Origin: Eledone cirrhosa
Lineage: Eukaryota
Direction: 5' to 3'
Length of the DNA: 64,000 nucleotides
Assembly: GCA_964016885.1 (NCBI GenBank)
Contig: OZ024743.1
Location: 331,204,001-331,268,000, forward strand
The position numbers and the translations under genes are program-made. Of the stretch, positions 1-12,287 are shown piece after piece. Below the pieces are notes generated by a model. It was given only the letters and a program-made list of their open reading frames with translations, did not search any database and had not been told where the DNA came from. Within the stretch, counting starts at the first letter, position 1, and each line of letters starts with the position of its first letter.

Positions 1-756
1 ATACAGCAGATATTACCACACAGACCACACAACATACAGCAGATATTACCACACAGACCACACAACATACAGAAGATATTACCACACAGACCACACAACA
101 TACAGAAGATATTACCACACAGACCACACAACATACAGCAGCTATTACCACACAGACCACACAACATATAGAAGGTATTACCACACATACCACACAACAT
201 ATAGAAGGTATTACCACACAGACCACACAACATACAGCAGATATTACCACATATACCACACAACATACAGCAGATATTACCACATATACCACACAACATA
301 CAGCAGATATTACCACACAGACCACACAACATATAGCAGATATTACCACACATACCTCACAACATATAGAAGATATTACCACACATACCTCACAACATAC
401 AGCAGCTATTACCACACAGACCACACAACATACAGCAGCTATTACCACACAGACCACACAACATATAGCAGATATTACCACACATACCTCACAACGTATA
501 GAAGATATTACCACACATACCTCACAACATACAGCAGCTATTACCACACAGACCACACAACATACAGCAGCTATTACCACACAGACCACACAACATATAG
601 AAGATATTACCACACAGACCACACAACATACAGCAGATATTACCACACTTATACCACACAACATACAGCAGATATTACCACACAGACCACACAACATACA
701 GCAGATATTACCACACAGACCACACAACATACAGCAGATATTACCACACAGACCAC
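1..756. repeat. 33-bp minisatellite ATACAGCAGATATTACCACACAGACCACACAAC
   Basis: About 23 tandem units visible; array runs off the window edge. Confidence 0.95.
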
Positions 757-820
757 TCATCGTCTAAACTGAACCCAGAAGAGAAGAGTCTGCAGGGTAA
801 GTTAACCCAAATTCTTCACC

Positions 821-1054
821 TAACCCTGTCATTACACATTTCTAATGAAATACACACAATTGTAACTAATTAATGAAGAATTTTGAGGGATTTACTAAAA
901 TTATTATTTCATTACTAAGATAGTAACTTAATGTAAGGTACTTATATAAAATTATGTTGGAAGATTTTAATTTAAATTGGAAACCTTTATAATCAGTGGT
1001 TTTATTTCATAGAAACAGAGCCCGGTTTGGTCGGGTCAGTAACTAAAGGGTTAA
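821..1054. mobile_element. piggyBac-type MITE (TTAA CCCT...AAAGGG TTAA); relatives at 29456-29676 and 28640-28933; second family at 5255-5467 and 41955-42178
   Basis: TAACCCT start, AAAGGGTTAA end, shared internal sequence. Confidence 0.65.
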
Positions 1055-1785
1055 TTTTATATCTAGCTTGGGTCTATTACCAACTTTAGAGCTCCTGTCT
1101 TATATATCTATCTGGGGCCTATTACAAACTTTAGGGGTTATATTTTACATCTAGCTTGGGTTCTATAACCAACTTTAGGGCTTCTATCTTTTACATCTAG
1201 CTTGATCCTATTATCAACTTCAGGGGTTTTATTTTTTACATCTATCTTGAGCCTATTACCAACTGTAGGGCTCTCATGTTTTACATCTATCTTGAGTCTA
1301 TTACCAACTTTAGGGGTCCTATCCTATATTTTACATCTAGCTTGGATCTATGACCAACTTTAGGGGTTCTATATTTCACATGTATCTTAAGTTTATTACC
1401 AACTTTAGGGGTTATATTTTTCCTTAATCTTGGGTCTACTACCAACTTTAAGGGTTATATTTTACAACTACCTTGGGTCTATAATTTAGGCCCCTATGTT
1501 TTACTTCTAGCTTGATCCTATTATCAACTTTAGATCTATTACCAACTTTAAGGGCTTCAATGTTTTACATCTATATTGAGTCTACTACCAACTTTAGGGG
1601 TTCTATATTTCACATCTATCTTGGGTCTACTACCAACTTTAGGGTCCTATATTTCACATTTATATTGGGTCTACTCTCAACTTTAGGGGTCTGATATTTC
1701 ACATCACATCTATATTGCGTCAACTATCAACTATCAACATGCATCTCAGGTCTACTACCAAATTTAGGGGTCCTATATTTCATAC
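1055..1785. repeat. Diverged ~44-bp minisatellite (TACATCTATCTTGGGTCTACTACCAACTTTAGGGG...)
   Basis: Tandem periodicity. Confidence 0.85.
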
Positions 1786-1828
1786 CAGATTTACACAGAT
1801 CTGCCTGTGACCACAAAATACATATATA

Positions 1829-1905
1829 CAGGCTGTCCCCCAAAAATATATACACACTTCAACAGCATTCTAATAAATATGTATACATTTTTGGGGGACA
1901 CCCTG
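1829..1905. mobile_element. Tc1/mariner-type MITE (77 bp)
   Basis: TIR CAGG(C/G)TGTCCCCCAAAAAT(A/G)TATACA; TA on both flanks. Confidence 0.85.
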
Positions 1906-2288
1906 TATATCAGCTCCATATTTCAATGATATCATTGAAATGAAAGTAAGATGATGGCACAAAGCCAGGAATTAATAGGTTTTAAGTGAATAAATAAAGA
2001 AGTAGGTTTTATCGAACCAAAAATACGACAGTTACTGCTCACTGAGTAAGCAGTGACCAGAAACAACTCTATATATCTATAATATATCTTTATAAATTAT
2101 TCATTTCTCCAGTGACAAGAATTATTTAATAGATACCAATCAATCAGTCAATCAATCAATTAATCAGTCAATCATTCTGTTTATTTATATTGATTTTACA
2201 TATATATTGACTTTTCTCCATAAATATCTTGTTATCTTAATGGTGTGTATAAGTGTAAGCATGCACATATAAGTATGTGTGCATGTAC

Positions 2289-2340
<52 letters not shown>

Positions 2341-2343
<3 letters not shown>

Positions 2344-2530
2344 TTATCCCAGGTTCAATCGGGGGTAACCACAGTAAGTAAGGTACTCAATACAGTGCAG
2401 AGTATAACTGTTTAATATAGAAAATCTTCTACAGGACTAGAATTGTTTCATTCGTGAGAAATCATCAGGAAGCTTCCAGATGATTTCTCACGAATGAAAC
2501 AGTTCTAGTCCTGTAGAAGATTTTCTATAT

Positions 2531-2531
<1 letters not shown>
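2341..2531. mobile_element. Loopless 118-bp palindrome (2414-2531) plus unique extension; probable small inverted pLTR
   Basis: Centre GGAAG|CTTCC, 2 mismatches; CTGATGA...GAAAC...GTC on the minus strand; flanked by (TA)n. Confidence 0.6.
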
Positions 2532-2590
<59 letters not shown>

Positions 2591-2902
2591 GAGGTTACAC
2601 AACAGTTAGCTCACCATACCGAGAACAATTGTTTCACCTTAGCAGATCCACATAATTATATATATATATCATATAATTATATATATATGTGTATGTACAT
2701 ATACATATATATATATATATATATATATGTCATATAATTATATATATGTATGTGTGAGTATGTACATATACATATGCAAGCGTGGAAGATGGACGTTAAA
2801 CGATGATGATGATGATGATATGTAGTTAGCAACAAATTCACAACATTCTACCGTACCTGGGAACAATGTACACTCCCATTCTCGACAGACACACACACAC
2901 AC

Positions 2903-2942
<40 letters not shown>

Positions 2943-3084
2943 CGGTAAAAAAAATGGCCAAAATGCAGTTCCATTTGAGCAACATTCAGTGCAGCCAACT
3001 GGCTAGACTTGCCTCATAATATGAACGACCTGTGTATATATATATATATGTGAGAAAAACCACAGACCCTCCATCTCAACTCTA

Positions 3085-3120
3085 CTTTTGAAAAGCAGAA
3101 GAACTGCGAAACCGGTAAAG
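3085..3120 (+). ncRNA. Minimal hammerhead with U3-A8 covariant core
   Basis: CTT-TTGAAAA-GCAG(AAGAA)CTGC-GAAA-CCGG-TA-AAG; palindromic ACCGGT stem III; GUA triplet; stem I only 3 bp. Confidence 0.55.
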
Positions 3121-3335
3121 GAACCAAATATATATATATATTTTAAAAAAATAAGACTCCAGTTGCATTTTCCATTTCATCTTTTTTTCTTTATACTTTC
3201 ACTCGTGTAGGACACCTCGGTTATTTTTCATTTTGTAAAAAAAACCTCACTTTCTAATATATATATATATATGTGTGTGTTGATTTAAAACTTCACTGCT
3301 CACAAGTGTTTTTTAAGCTTCATATCATGTTTCCC

Positions 3336-3406
3336 TATTTTATCTGATGAGAACGCAAATATCATCCCATGATGATATTTGTTTTTGAAATGCACATAAT
3401 AAAATA
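3336..3406 (+). ncRNA. Type I hammerhead ribozyme (PLE-type, minimal stem III)
   Basis: Stem I TATTTTAT/ATAAAATA; core CTGATGA; long stem II GCAAATATCATC/GATGATATTTGT; GAAA; stem III ATG-CA-CAT; AUA cleavage triplet ending at 3398. Confidence 0.75.
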
Positions 3407-3461
3407 CTTGGAACTCTTTTAACCATCTTTTGATCTTATATTATATATAAATATATATATT

Positions 3462-4146
3462 AAACCATGCTAGCATGGATAATGCACATTCCCCATGCAA
3501 ACTGTTGCCTACGCACATACGTCGTGTATAAGATAGAATGTAACAAGTGCAACCACTACTATATAGGTAGCACAATCCGGCCGTTGCACATCCGGATCAA
3601 GGAACACACTAAAACCAGGGCCTCGTCTTTCCGGAAACACATAGCCAAATGCGGAAACAAAGACGGAAGGCCCATTGTCACAATTCTAGCGACAGAAAGA
3701 AACGTCGGCACGTTACGTATCAAGGAAGCACTTTGGATCAAACGCCTAGGGCCACAATTAAACAACCGATCCGAGAGATGCGAAATGGGGTGGTTGGTTT
3801 AAGTTAACAAACAATGCAGCAACATACGCACACAAGCGAGACAGCAACACACGCACACACATACACAGTAGCATTCCAATACAGAGGAACAAGGCAACAA
3901 CACATGCACACACACACTCAAGCGAGACAACAACACACGCACACACACACACACAGTAACATTCACCAAACAGGCAGAGAATGGACTGACAGCTAGCGCC
4001 ACCCCACTCCCACAATTGAAAGAACTACTTCGGCCGCTGACCTCTGCCTGACAATTAAATCTCTCGTGTTGTTATTTTTATTTTTATCCTTTACGCTCTT
4101 TCCTTCATTCCTCTACACGTTACAGTCTTCTACACGCCACGCATCT
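3462..4146 (+). mobile_element. Penelope-like GIY-YIG fragment (ORF 3467-3802), paralogous to 18394-18792
   Basis: VVYKIECNKCNHYYIGSTIRPLHIRIKEH; flanked by TA tracts. Confidence 0.88.
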
Positions 4147-4188
4147 ATATATATATATATATAGTGAGAGAGAGATGGAGAGAGATAC

Positions 4189-4356
4189 CTTTTCCTGTTT
4201 TGTAGGGATGATAAGGTAGGTTGGTCCTTGTAAGGGTGGCCATATAGCTACGACATGTCTATCAATCATCAGCAGTGTGGAATCCTCATCAGACTCATCT
4301 GGATGGTCAATCTCATCAAGACGGGCATCTCTCAAATTCAGTTGGCCAAGGGGGGT
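4189..4356 (-). CDS. PLEKHH1/2: PH2 exon TPLGQLNLRDARLDEID...GPTYLIIPTKQEK; gene presumably continues (MyTH4/FERM) left of the window
   Basis: PLG...RDA..E.D...SDED...PTYL.I.TK.EK motif; ATTTCAG acceptor, AAG|GTATCT donor; 168 nt. Confidence 0.93.
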
Positions 4357-4514
4357 CTGAAATATAGATGTGGGGGAGAAAATATCAGTGAGAGAATACT
4401 GATTGAAATATAAAACAGAAATAGGGAGGAGGCAGTGGAGAGAGAGAGTAAATCATCTGAAACCACTGCTGGTTCTATGATACAGATCTGTTTATTTTAA
4501 ATGTCAAGCTCCTG

Positions 4515-4790
4515 CAACTGGTGCAGCCAGTCGTTGGGGTGCCACAGGTGCAGCCAGTGGCTAGGGTGCCACTGGTGAAGCCAGTCACTGCGGTGCCACT
4601 GGTGCAGCCAGTCGTTGGGGTCCACAGGTGAGCCAGTGGCTAGGGTGCCACTGGTGCAGCCAGTTGCTGGGGTGCCACAGGTGCAGCCAGTAGCTAGGGT
4701 GCCACTGGTGCAGCCAGTCACTGGGGTGCCACTGGTGCAGCCAGTCGTTGGGGTGCCACTGGTGCAGCCAGTCGTTGAGGTGCCACTCTA
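4515..4790. repeat. 27-bp minisatellite CCACTGGTGCAGCCAGTCGTTGGGGTG (about 10 units)
   Basis: Same unit as 29871-34614. Confidence 0.9.
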
Positions 4791-6840
4791 GACACTTTTG
4801 CAGTCAGTTGTCGCCATCGGTCTCTATTCTGCGTCGTGTGTAGACAGGACTCAGTATTGTGACCAGTCCAGATTTGATGTTGTCAGACCAAGATTTTCTT
4901 TGTCTGCCTCTTCTTCTCCTTGACTGCCCTGAAGGATGGTTTTGGACAAGGAGTTGTGGTGGGATATATGACCATACTAAGTAAACTTCTGTCTTTTTAC
5001 CATTGCAGGGAGTGGTTCCTGTCTGTTGGTATATTTGTTAACTTGAAGCTTAGAGAGAAGACAGGCACCACCAAGTATTCTAAGGCCCACCAAATTTCCA
5101 CAATAGATAAACAGTCAAAGAGTTTATACCTACCATAAAACTTCACATCATAACGTTTGTTATGTTCCAAACAGCAGCTTAACAATGAGAAAGTTTATTA
5201 TATTTCTGAATCCTTTCAAATTCGAGATTTTTCCAAATATGAAAATTATAGGCTGTCTTTAGCATTTAAACCAGCCGTATCTGGCCAGAATTCTCTCACA
5301 TCTTTCTGTTCAAACCGGCTATAACTGGTTGCTCATACTGATGTTAAGATATTGTTCTCAAAATAAATAATATCAAAATCTCATAGATTTGATATCATGT
5401 GAGATAAAGCCTTTACCGTAAAAGTATAATAGTAAATATAGAGTAATGTAAATACTAACGGATTAATTAGAAATATGGTGTCAAATAACTAAACTGATCT
5501 AAAGTCAAGATTGTCAAAAACCTGAGATTTCACTGGAGGCTAAGCAATATAAAGCTTGTATAGACTTCACCATCTTTAGAATAATATATAATTTATTAAA
5601 AACATTGACTTACACTTGCAAGTTTCTAACATATTAGTCTAACTACAAAGAAATAGTTATACAAATGTTATATATATATTTAATGTTGTTGACATCGTTG
5701 TCTTCATCTTTTTTGCACACTTATTCCTGAGAGGGTCATAGGGGAAGAGTCCCCAAACACTCCTTCCAGCGGGTCCTGTCAGAAAAACAGTCTCCAACTG
5801 ATCCGGCCAAACTCACGGATGTTATCCAACCATCTTGCGCAGTGTCTACCCCTGGGTCTCCTGCTGGTTGGTTTCGCCCATAATATCTGTCCAGCAATTC
5901 TTTCCTCAGACATTCTAAACACATTGCCATAGTACAGAAGCTGTGATCTCTCAATTTAATGTCAAACTGCTAATTTTTTTTTATATATATTTTCCGTGAA
6001 AAAAACTAAACTTTGTTTCTCTGCATACCCAGATGTGTAAACTCTAAAACAAACTCTTGTCCTTTTTTGTTGTTATTTATTTATAATAGGTTCTAATACA
6101 AACAAACGTTTGTAAGAAATGTTTAATTAAAAATGCAACAAGTAACCAAATGAATAAAGTGAAGTAATTATTACATTCCAATAAAGCTTATTTTATTGTT
6201 TCAGACACAAATAAATTCGTTTGAAGATGAAAATCAAATCAAAACAAAGATTTGAAACTTCAGAGAAATATCCTTGCTTCAATAGTTTGAAATATTTTTA
6301 CTGTTCACCATCAACATTAACTTTGAAGTTTTTACATTTTATACACCATCTTTCATGTAGTTTAGTAAAAACACAGGCCACCTAATGGTTAGAGCTTTTT
6401 GTTCATGATTCACAGGTCCGATATTATGGACAGATGATTAGAATGACTCAGGAAAGATGGTTGGCTCGGCTTGGCTGGTCTTGCTTGGGGATTCAGCTGG
6501 ATCAGTTGGAGGTGGTTACTTCTGACAGGACCCACTGGAAGGAGTGTGTTTGAGGACTTTGCCCCCATGATCCTCTTAGGAATAAGTGAAGAAGACAGAC
6601 ATCCTGTATACAGCGCATGGCGGGGGGGGGGGGTCATGCTCTCTGTTGTTAAAGGTCAAGAAAACTAGGATAAGCTCCAGTCTTGGAACAGACTTTAACT
6701 TTTGTGGAGTTTTTTCAAATTTCATATATTTTTATTTTATATACTTTAGTGAGTGACCATTGATTTAAAGCTAAGATAGACCAACTATAGAGTGTGGAAC
6801 TAGTGTTGGCTACAGTATGTGTATATATATATATATATAT

Positions 6841-7038
6841 AGGTAACACGGTAAAAAGTTCCCAGTTCCACACTGTAAATGTGGTTGGTGTTAGGAAGGG
6901 CATCCAGCCGTAGAAAGCCTGCCAGATAGTCCTATATGAGCGAGACACGGTCACCCGACCAACCTTGCTTCAAGTGGCACAACTCCTGTCTAACCCATGC
7001 TAGCGTGGAAGATGGACGTTAAACGATGATGATGATGA
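6841..7038 (+). mobile_element. RTE 3'-UTR-only copy within (TA)n; similar short pieces at 2776-2818, 12470-12640 (-) and 17985-18121
   Basis: GTTAGGAAGGGCATCCAGC...GGACGTTAAACG(GAT)n. Confidence 0.8.
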
Positions 7039-8062
7039 TAGATATATATGTATAGATAGATAGAGAGAGAGAAAGTGGAATTGGAAATAACACAAAAAGT
7101 ATATTAAAGGGTCTGTTTTTCTTTGTTTCTCCTTTGATTCGTCAAAGTGACATTATTGAAACAATGAGAGGAACAATTTAAAAAAAAAAAATGGGTTTTA
7201 TAATTGTTTCTACTTTAGGCACAAGGCCAGCAATTACTCAGTGCATTACTGGTACTTTATTTTATCGAGCCCGTAAGGATGAAAGGCAAAGTCAACCTCG
7301 GCGGGATTTGAACTCAGATCGTAAAGGGACGTAATTATGCTGGAAAGCATGGCGTCTGACCCTCTACCGATACTGCCAAAATGTATATAAAATATATAAA
7401 ATATAGCCGGTTTTGATGCATCAGTGTAATCCATCATATCAAATGTTGAATATTAATTACAATTAAAAAGAATTAAAAATTAAAGATTTAAAATTAAGTG
7501 TTGAAGCAGGTTTGTTCATCTTTCTTGTTGAGAAGAAGACTGGGTCTAACTTGGAACCTTATATAGAGAGAGAAGTAGTCATAGTAGTAGTAGTAGTGGT
7601 AGTTGTGCCTTTTCACAGAACAAAATTATTTTTAGGGAGAGGGAAATTTTCTGTAAATATGTGTGTGTATCTCAATTGTGTTAAAGGACTGGTCAAGAGT
7701 TCAGATGGGGTGGCGAAGAGGGGAAATGTAAGTTAGAGACAAATTCTATGGGTGAGAGAGGTAAATGGGATTGGCAAAAATAGGGCTGTAAAAGAAATTC
7801 TATTTTTGGAATATGGTTTTAGAGAGTATGAGTGTGTATGTGTGAGGGTGTGTATGTGTGTGTATATATATATTGCCACTGACTAACTAATTGTGTGTGC
7901 CCTGAATTACCAACCTGCACCTCGGAAATGAAGGTTCCGTGTAATCATTGAGCTAGTAGGAAATTTCGGCAGGTTAGCACAAACTCAATTTGCCTAGTTC
8001 ATTATACTTATATATATATATAGAGAGAGAGAGAGATAGATAGATAGATAGATATATACATA

Positions 8063-9358
8063 TATATTTCTTTATTAGCCACAGGGGCACAAAAGAAGGG
8101 GACAAATACAAAGGGGGAAGTTTACATACAATAAAAACGTGTAAAATGTTATCACAGATGGAATTTAAAAGTTAGTCGATTTTCCCCAATAGAGGGAGAC
8201 AGTTTATATGGGTAACACATACCCCCGAAAAAAAAAGTGCAACCCTCATCTCCAGGAGTACGAAGAGCTTGTACTCCTTTCCTCTCCTCCTCCTTTTCCT
8301 CAACCTACAGGCTGATATAGAGAGAAGGCCCATTCACTCGGGCCATTCTCGCCACTTTCACCCACCTTTCATAAAACTTGCTGGGGTACAGCACCTCTCT
8401 CTCCATCCTGATTCTTCTTCCAAAGTGGTATTTGAAAAAAAGAATCAGTTGTTGGCCGGAGAGAAAGGTGTCTGACCTCAGCCCTTTCAACCTTGTCCAC
8501 CATACAACCTCTTTCGCCATAGCTATCACACAAAGGAAAACCGCCTCTCCTTCGTTTTTGAAGGAGGGTGGCGGTTTGATCATGACAATGGACTCAGTGG
8601 TCAACTGGATTGGTCCCACCCGCGACAATAGTCATTCTACATAGCCCCACAGGTCAGTGACGCCCGGGCAGTGTATGAATGCGTACGCGACGGTTTCTTC
8701 GTCTCGCACGCACCTCGGACAGATCTTTTTTGCAGGGTCCCTGCCCGGGCGCCCATGTCTGTAGAGCTTGTCTCGAACTGGTAGAACTCCTCGGTAGCAC
8801 TGCCAGGCGAGGGACTTTTGGAAGTTGTCCATCGGTCCCGGGCGGAAGGTCCTACCGAACAGACTGGCCAGTTCATCTTCCTCTACGCCTAGAGTTTCAC
8901 CAAGCGCGTCGTCGCACATGTTGCGGATCAACCCTCTATAGAATGACGAAGTGGAGTCTCCACTGATCACCGGGTCCGCCTGCCAGAGGGCTGTGAGCGC
9001 CTGAGCACATTCAATGTGCCAGTCGCCCATTTTCCTCGGTCTCTGCTTGACCCAGGACTGCAGCTCGGTCAGCGAGACGAGTCGTGGGAAGGCTCGCCTC
9101 ACGAACGGGGCCCACACCGGTTGTCCGGTGAGGAATACGTAGAGATGCCGCAGCCTGAGCGCGTGTTTGCGCATTGTCAACCACGGCATCCCCAGCCCTC
9201 CGTTAGAAGGGTGTTGGCAGCAGATGGATCTTCTCACCAAAGGAGCCCGCCTCTTCCAAAGGAATCGGAAGAGCGCGCGCTCCATTTTGGCAAGCGTTTT
9301 GGCTGGACAAGGCACGACGGTCAAGCGGTAGTAGATGGCGGACGCTATAAAAGTGTTC
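8063..9358 (-). mobile_element. L1/Tx1-clade LINE 3' fragment in a (TA)n/(TAGA)n tract
   Basis: ORF 8632-9324: FLWK...GGLG.P, CPRC..EETV..AF.HCP (zf-RVT type); AATAAA immediately before (TA)n. Confidence 0.85.
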
Positions 9359-9452
9359 GATATACATATAGATAGATAGATAGATATTTAGTGACTATTG
9401 GTTAAATTTAAGATAGACAGACTGACCAAATCGTGTGGAGCTTTATACTGAC

Positions 9453-9533
9453 CTTATCTGTGGGTGTCTTGTAGTAAAGAAAATATCGACCAAGTAGAAT
9501 GCACCAACAACGTCTCGTCATACCATTCTTTAC
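9453..9533 (-). CDS. PLEKHH1/2: PH2 exon VKNGMTRRCWCILLGRYFLYYKTPTDK
   Basis: VKxG..WC.L.G..F.YY motif; ATTTCAG acceptor, AAG|GTCAGT donor; 81 nt. Confidence 0.93.
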
Positions 9534-9635
9534 CTGAAATACCATAGAAAGGAATGATTAACAGTAGTTCTGGGTGGTGGAGAACTGTTTTAAGAGAGTC
9601 ACACAGTAAATTGTATCGAACTCACTGTATTACTG

Positions 9636-10320
9636 ATGGCACCAACCATACCACTTTACAGAGTGGACTGGGTGTGTTTTATCATAGGACCAGCCATACC
9701 ACTTTACAGAGTGGACTGGGTGTGTTTTATCATGGAACCAGTACTGCCACTTTACAGAGTGGACTGGGTGTGTTTTATCATGGGATCAGCCATACCACTT
9801 TACAGAGTGGACTGGGTGTGTTTTATCATGGAACCAGTACTGCCACTTTACAGAGTGGACTGGGTGTGTTTTATCATGGAACCAGTACTGCCACTTTACA
9901 GAGTGGACTGGGTGTGTTTTATCATGGGATCAGCCATACCACTTTACAGAGTGGACTGGGTGTATTTTATCATGGGACCAGCCATACCACTTTACAGAGT
10001 GGACTGGGTGTGTTTTATCATGGGACCAGCCATACCATTTTACAGAGCAGACTGGGTGTGTTTTATCATGGAACCAGTACTGCCACTTTACAGAGTGGAC
10101 TGGGTGTGTTTTATCATGGGACCAGTACTGCCACTTTACAGTGTGTACTGGGTGTGTTTTATCATGGGACCAGCCATACCACTTTACAGAGTGGACAGAG
10201 TGGATTTTATCATGGAACCAGCACTACCACTTTACAGAGTGGACTGGGTGTGTTTTATCATGGGACCAGCACTACCACTTTACAGAGTGGACTGGGTGTA
10301 TTTTATGATGTCACCAGCAC
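9636..10320. repeat. 48-bp minisatellite derived from antisense RTE/SINE 3'-UTR sequence
   Basis: CCACTTTACAGAGTGGACTGGGTGTGTTTTATCATGG resembles CCACATTTACAGTGTGGACTGGGAGGTTTTTACC. Confidence 0.9.
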
Positions 10321-10656
10321 TAAAGAGGTTGTTACATATTCCTCCAGACAGAAGAGTCCTCTCAGACCCTATATTCTCTCAGTGACCAACCACCATAGTC
10401 TGCAATCATAATCTCACATAGTGAATGAGGTAAAGAAAGAAGTGTTCAGGAGATGTTAGTTTCCAACAGTCCCTCCACCCCACCCCCTCTGCCAATCAAC
10501 TCAATAAGAAGTAGCAACATGTTAGCAACATAACTGAAGTTACTGACTTTTTAACTGATGATACAAATAAACAGATCAAAGGTTTGAACAACAAAGGGAT
10601 TCTTCGCTTCTGTTCCAGACTGTTTACTACAGTAAATGAGAATATGAGATACATAC

Positions 10657-10745
10657 CTTTGTTAACCAACCACGTACAATGGCTTTTGAGTCCACTTGGT
10701 CTAATAGATAACTGCTTGCTTGTCTTTTCACCACTTTATTTATTA
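10657..10745 (-). CDS. PLEKHH1/2: PH1-PH2 linker exon (L)INKVVKRQASSYLLDQVDSKAIVRGWLTK
   Basis: GWLTK start of PH2; TATACAG acceptor, AAG|GTATGT donor; phase 1-0. Confidence 0.93.
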
Positions 10746-11194
10746 CTGTATAACATGGATAATAAGAAAAAATATACATATAGATGTTTGTGTGTATATA
10801 TGTGTGTGTGTGTGTGCGTGTGCGTGTGTGTGTGTGTGTGTGCGTGTGTGTGATACACATTGGCAATGACTGCTGGGTGAAGAAATGCCAGAAAATCACA
10901 ATAGAGAAAGACCAAGAAAGACCCAAGCAAAGGTTGTGAGAGCTGACCTCAAACCGCTAAGGCTCGCAGAGGAGACGACAAAGGAATGTGACAAGTGGAA
11001 AGATGCTGTGTTGCGAAGGACCTGTCCAACCCTTTGCAAATGTGGAAAAATAGACGTAAAAACAATGATGATCATGATGTGTGTGTGTGTGTCATTATCA
11101 GCAGCAGCAGCATTTAATGTCTGTTCTTTTTTTCTCCTGCAAGCAAAGGTTGGTCAGGTCATCACAAACTGAGTCAGGAATCAAGCAGAGCTTT

Positions 11195-11486
11195 TAATCT
11201 CTCAGATGAGCCAGGGGCCTGTATCTTGCTTACCTGTGATTTCTCAGATGGACTAGAAGCCTGTGTCTTGCTTACTTTTGATCTCTCAGATAAGTCAGGG
11301 GTCTGTATCTTGCTTACCTTTGATCTCTCAGATGGACCAAGGGCCTGTGTCTTGCTTACCTTTGATCTCTCAGATGAGTCAGGAGCCTGTATCTTGCTTA
11401 GCTTTGATCTCCCAGAGGGACTAGAAGCCTGTATCTTGCTTACCTTTGATTTCTCAGATGGACTAGAAGCTTGTATCTTGCTTACT
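11195..11486. repeat. 42-bp minisatellite containing CTTACCT (AG|GTAAG on the gene's sense strand)
   Basis: About 7 units. Confidence 0.9.
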
Positions 11487-11782
11487 TACACACTTGCACT
11501 CTAACAAGTACTCATGTGGGTCGGGTCTCCACACAATAAAATGCACTCCCAAATAGAATATTTTATTGACACCAATGCTAGGAAAGTTGTAATGTCTTTG
11601 ACACGGCATAATATTCCTTTCAACCCTTTGCTTCATTATGTATGAGAGTCTTCTGTTTTTGGTATTTTGGCACATTTACATTGAAGGGGTATAGTGCAGC
11701 AAGTCAATATTTTCTATATCACTATAATTTCATTATTATTTTATGTAAGAACAATTGCTAAATTATGTTATAAATATCAGCT

Positions 11783-12120
11783 TCATCATCGCGTTTATGC
11801 CTGTCTTTCGACGCTTGCATGGGTTGGATGGCTCCTTTTCAGTACAGCATCTCTCCACTCATCACGTTCCTTTGTCATCTTCTCTGAGAGTTTCAGCGAC
11901 TTGAGATCAGCTTTCACCACCTCCACCCAGGTCTTTCTTGGTCTACCTCTACTGTGGCTTCCCTCCACTGGGATTTCCTGGCACTTCTTCCCCTATCGAT
12001 CATCGTCCATACACACCACATGTCTGTATCAAGACAGTCTTCTCTCCTGCACACCACTTCTGATTCCTCCTCTTAAACCCAGTTTCTCCCTCAGTTCATC
12101 TGAGCTCTGCCTTTCTCTCA
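11783..12120 (-). mobile_element. Older RTE subfamily 3' fragment (also 10850-11080 + and 47440-47830 -) with short 3' UTR
   Basis: Decayed RGRPRKTW..VVKADL coding; ORF end followed closely by CAACCCATGC..GATGATG. Confidence 0.7.
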
Positions 12121-12217
12121 GTTATTTATATTACTAAATCTCTCTTGAAAACCTTATGAAATATCTTTCAATAGAAACACGGTTATGAAAGGGTTAAACA
12201 TTTTACATTCTACTTAC

Positions 12218-12287
12218 ATCGAACCCAACGGTCAACTTCCATAGGAGAATCAGCAGTCAAATAATAGGTTTTTTTGGAATTTGTGAC
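12218..12287 (-). CDS. PLEKHH1/2: PH1 C-terminal exon VTNSKKTYYLTADSPMEVDRWVR
   Basis: KKTYYLTADSP...W helix; TTTTTCAG acceptor, GTAAGT donor; phase 0-1. Confidence 0.95.

Noticed and set aside
9554-10411. 285-aa and 249-aa repeat ORFs (also 27456-27950 and 11226-11504)
   Set aside because: Open only because minisatellite units are multiples of 3; antisense within introns
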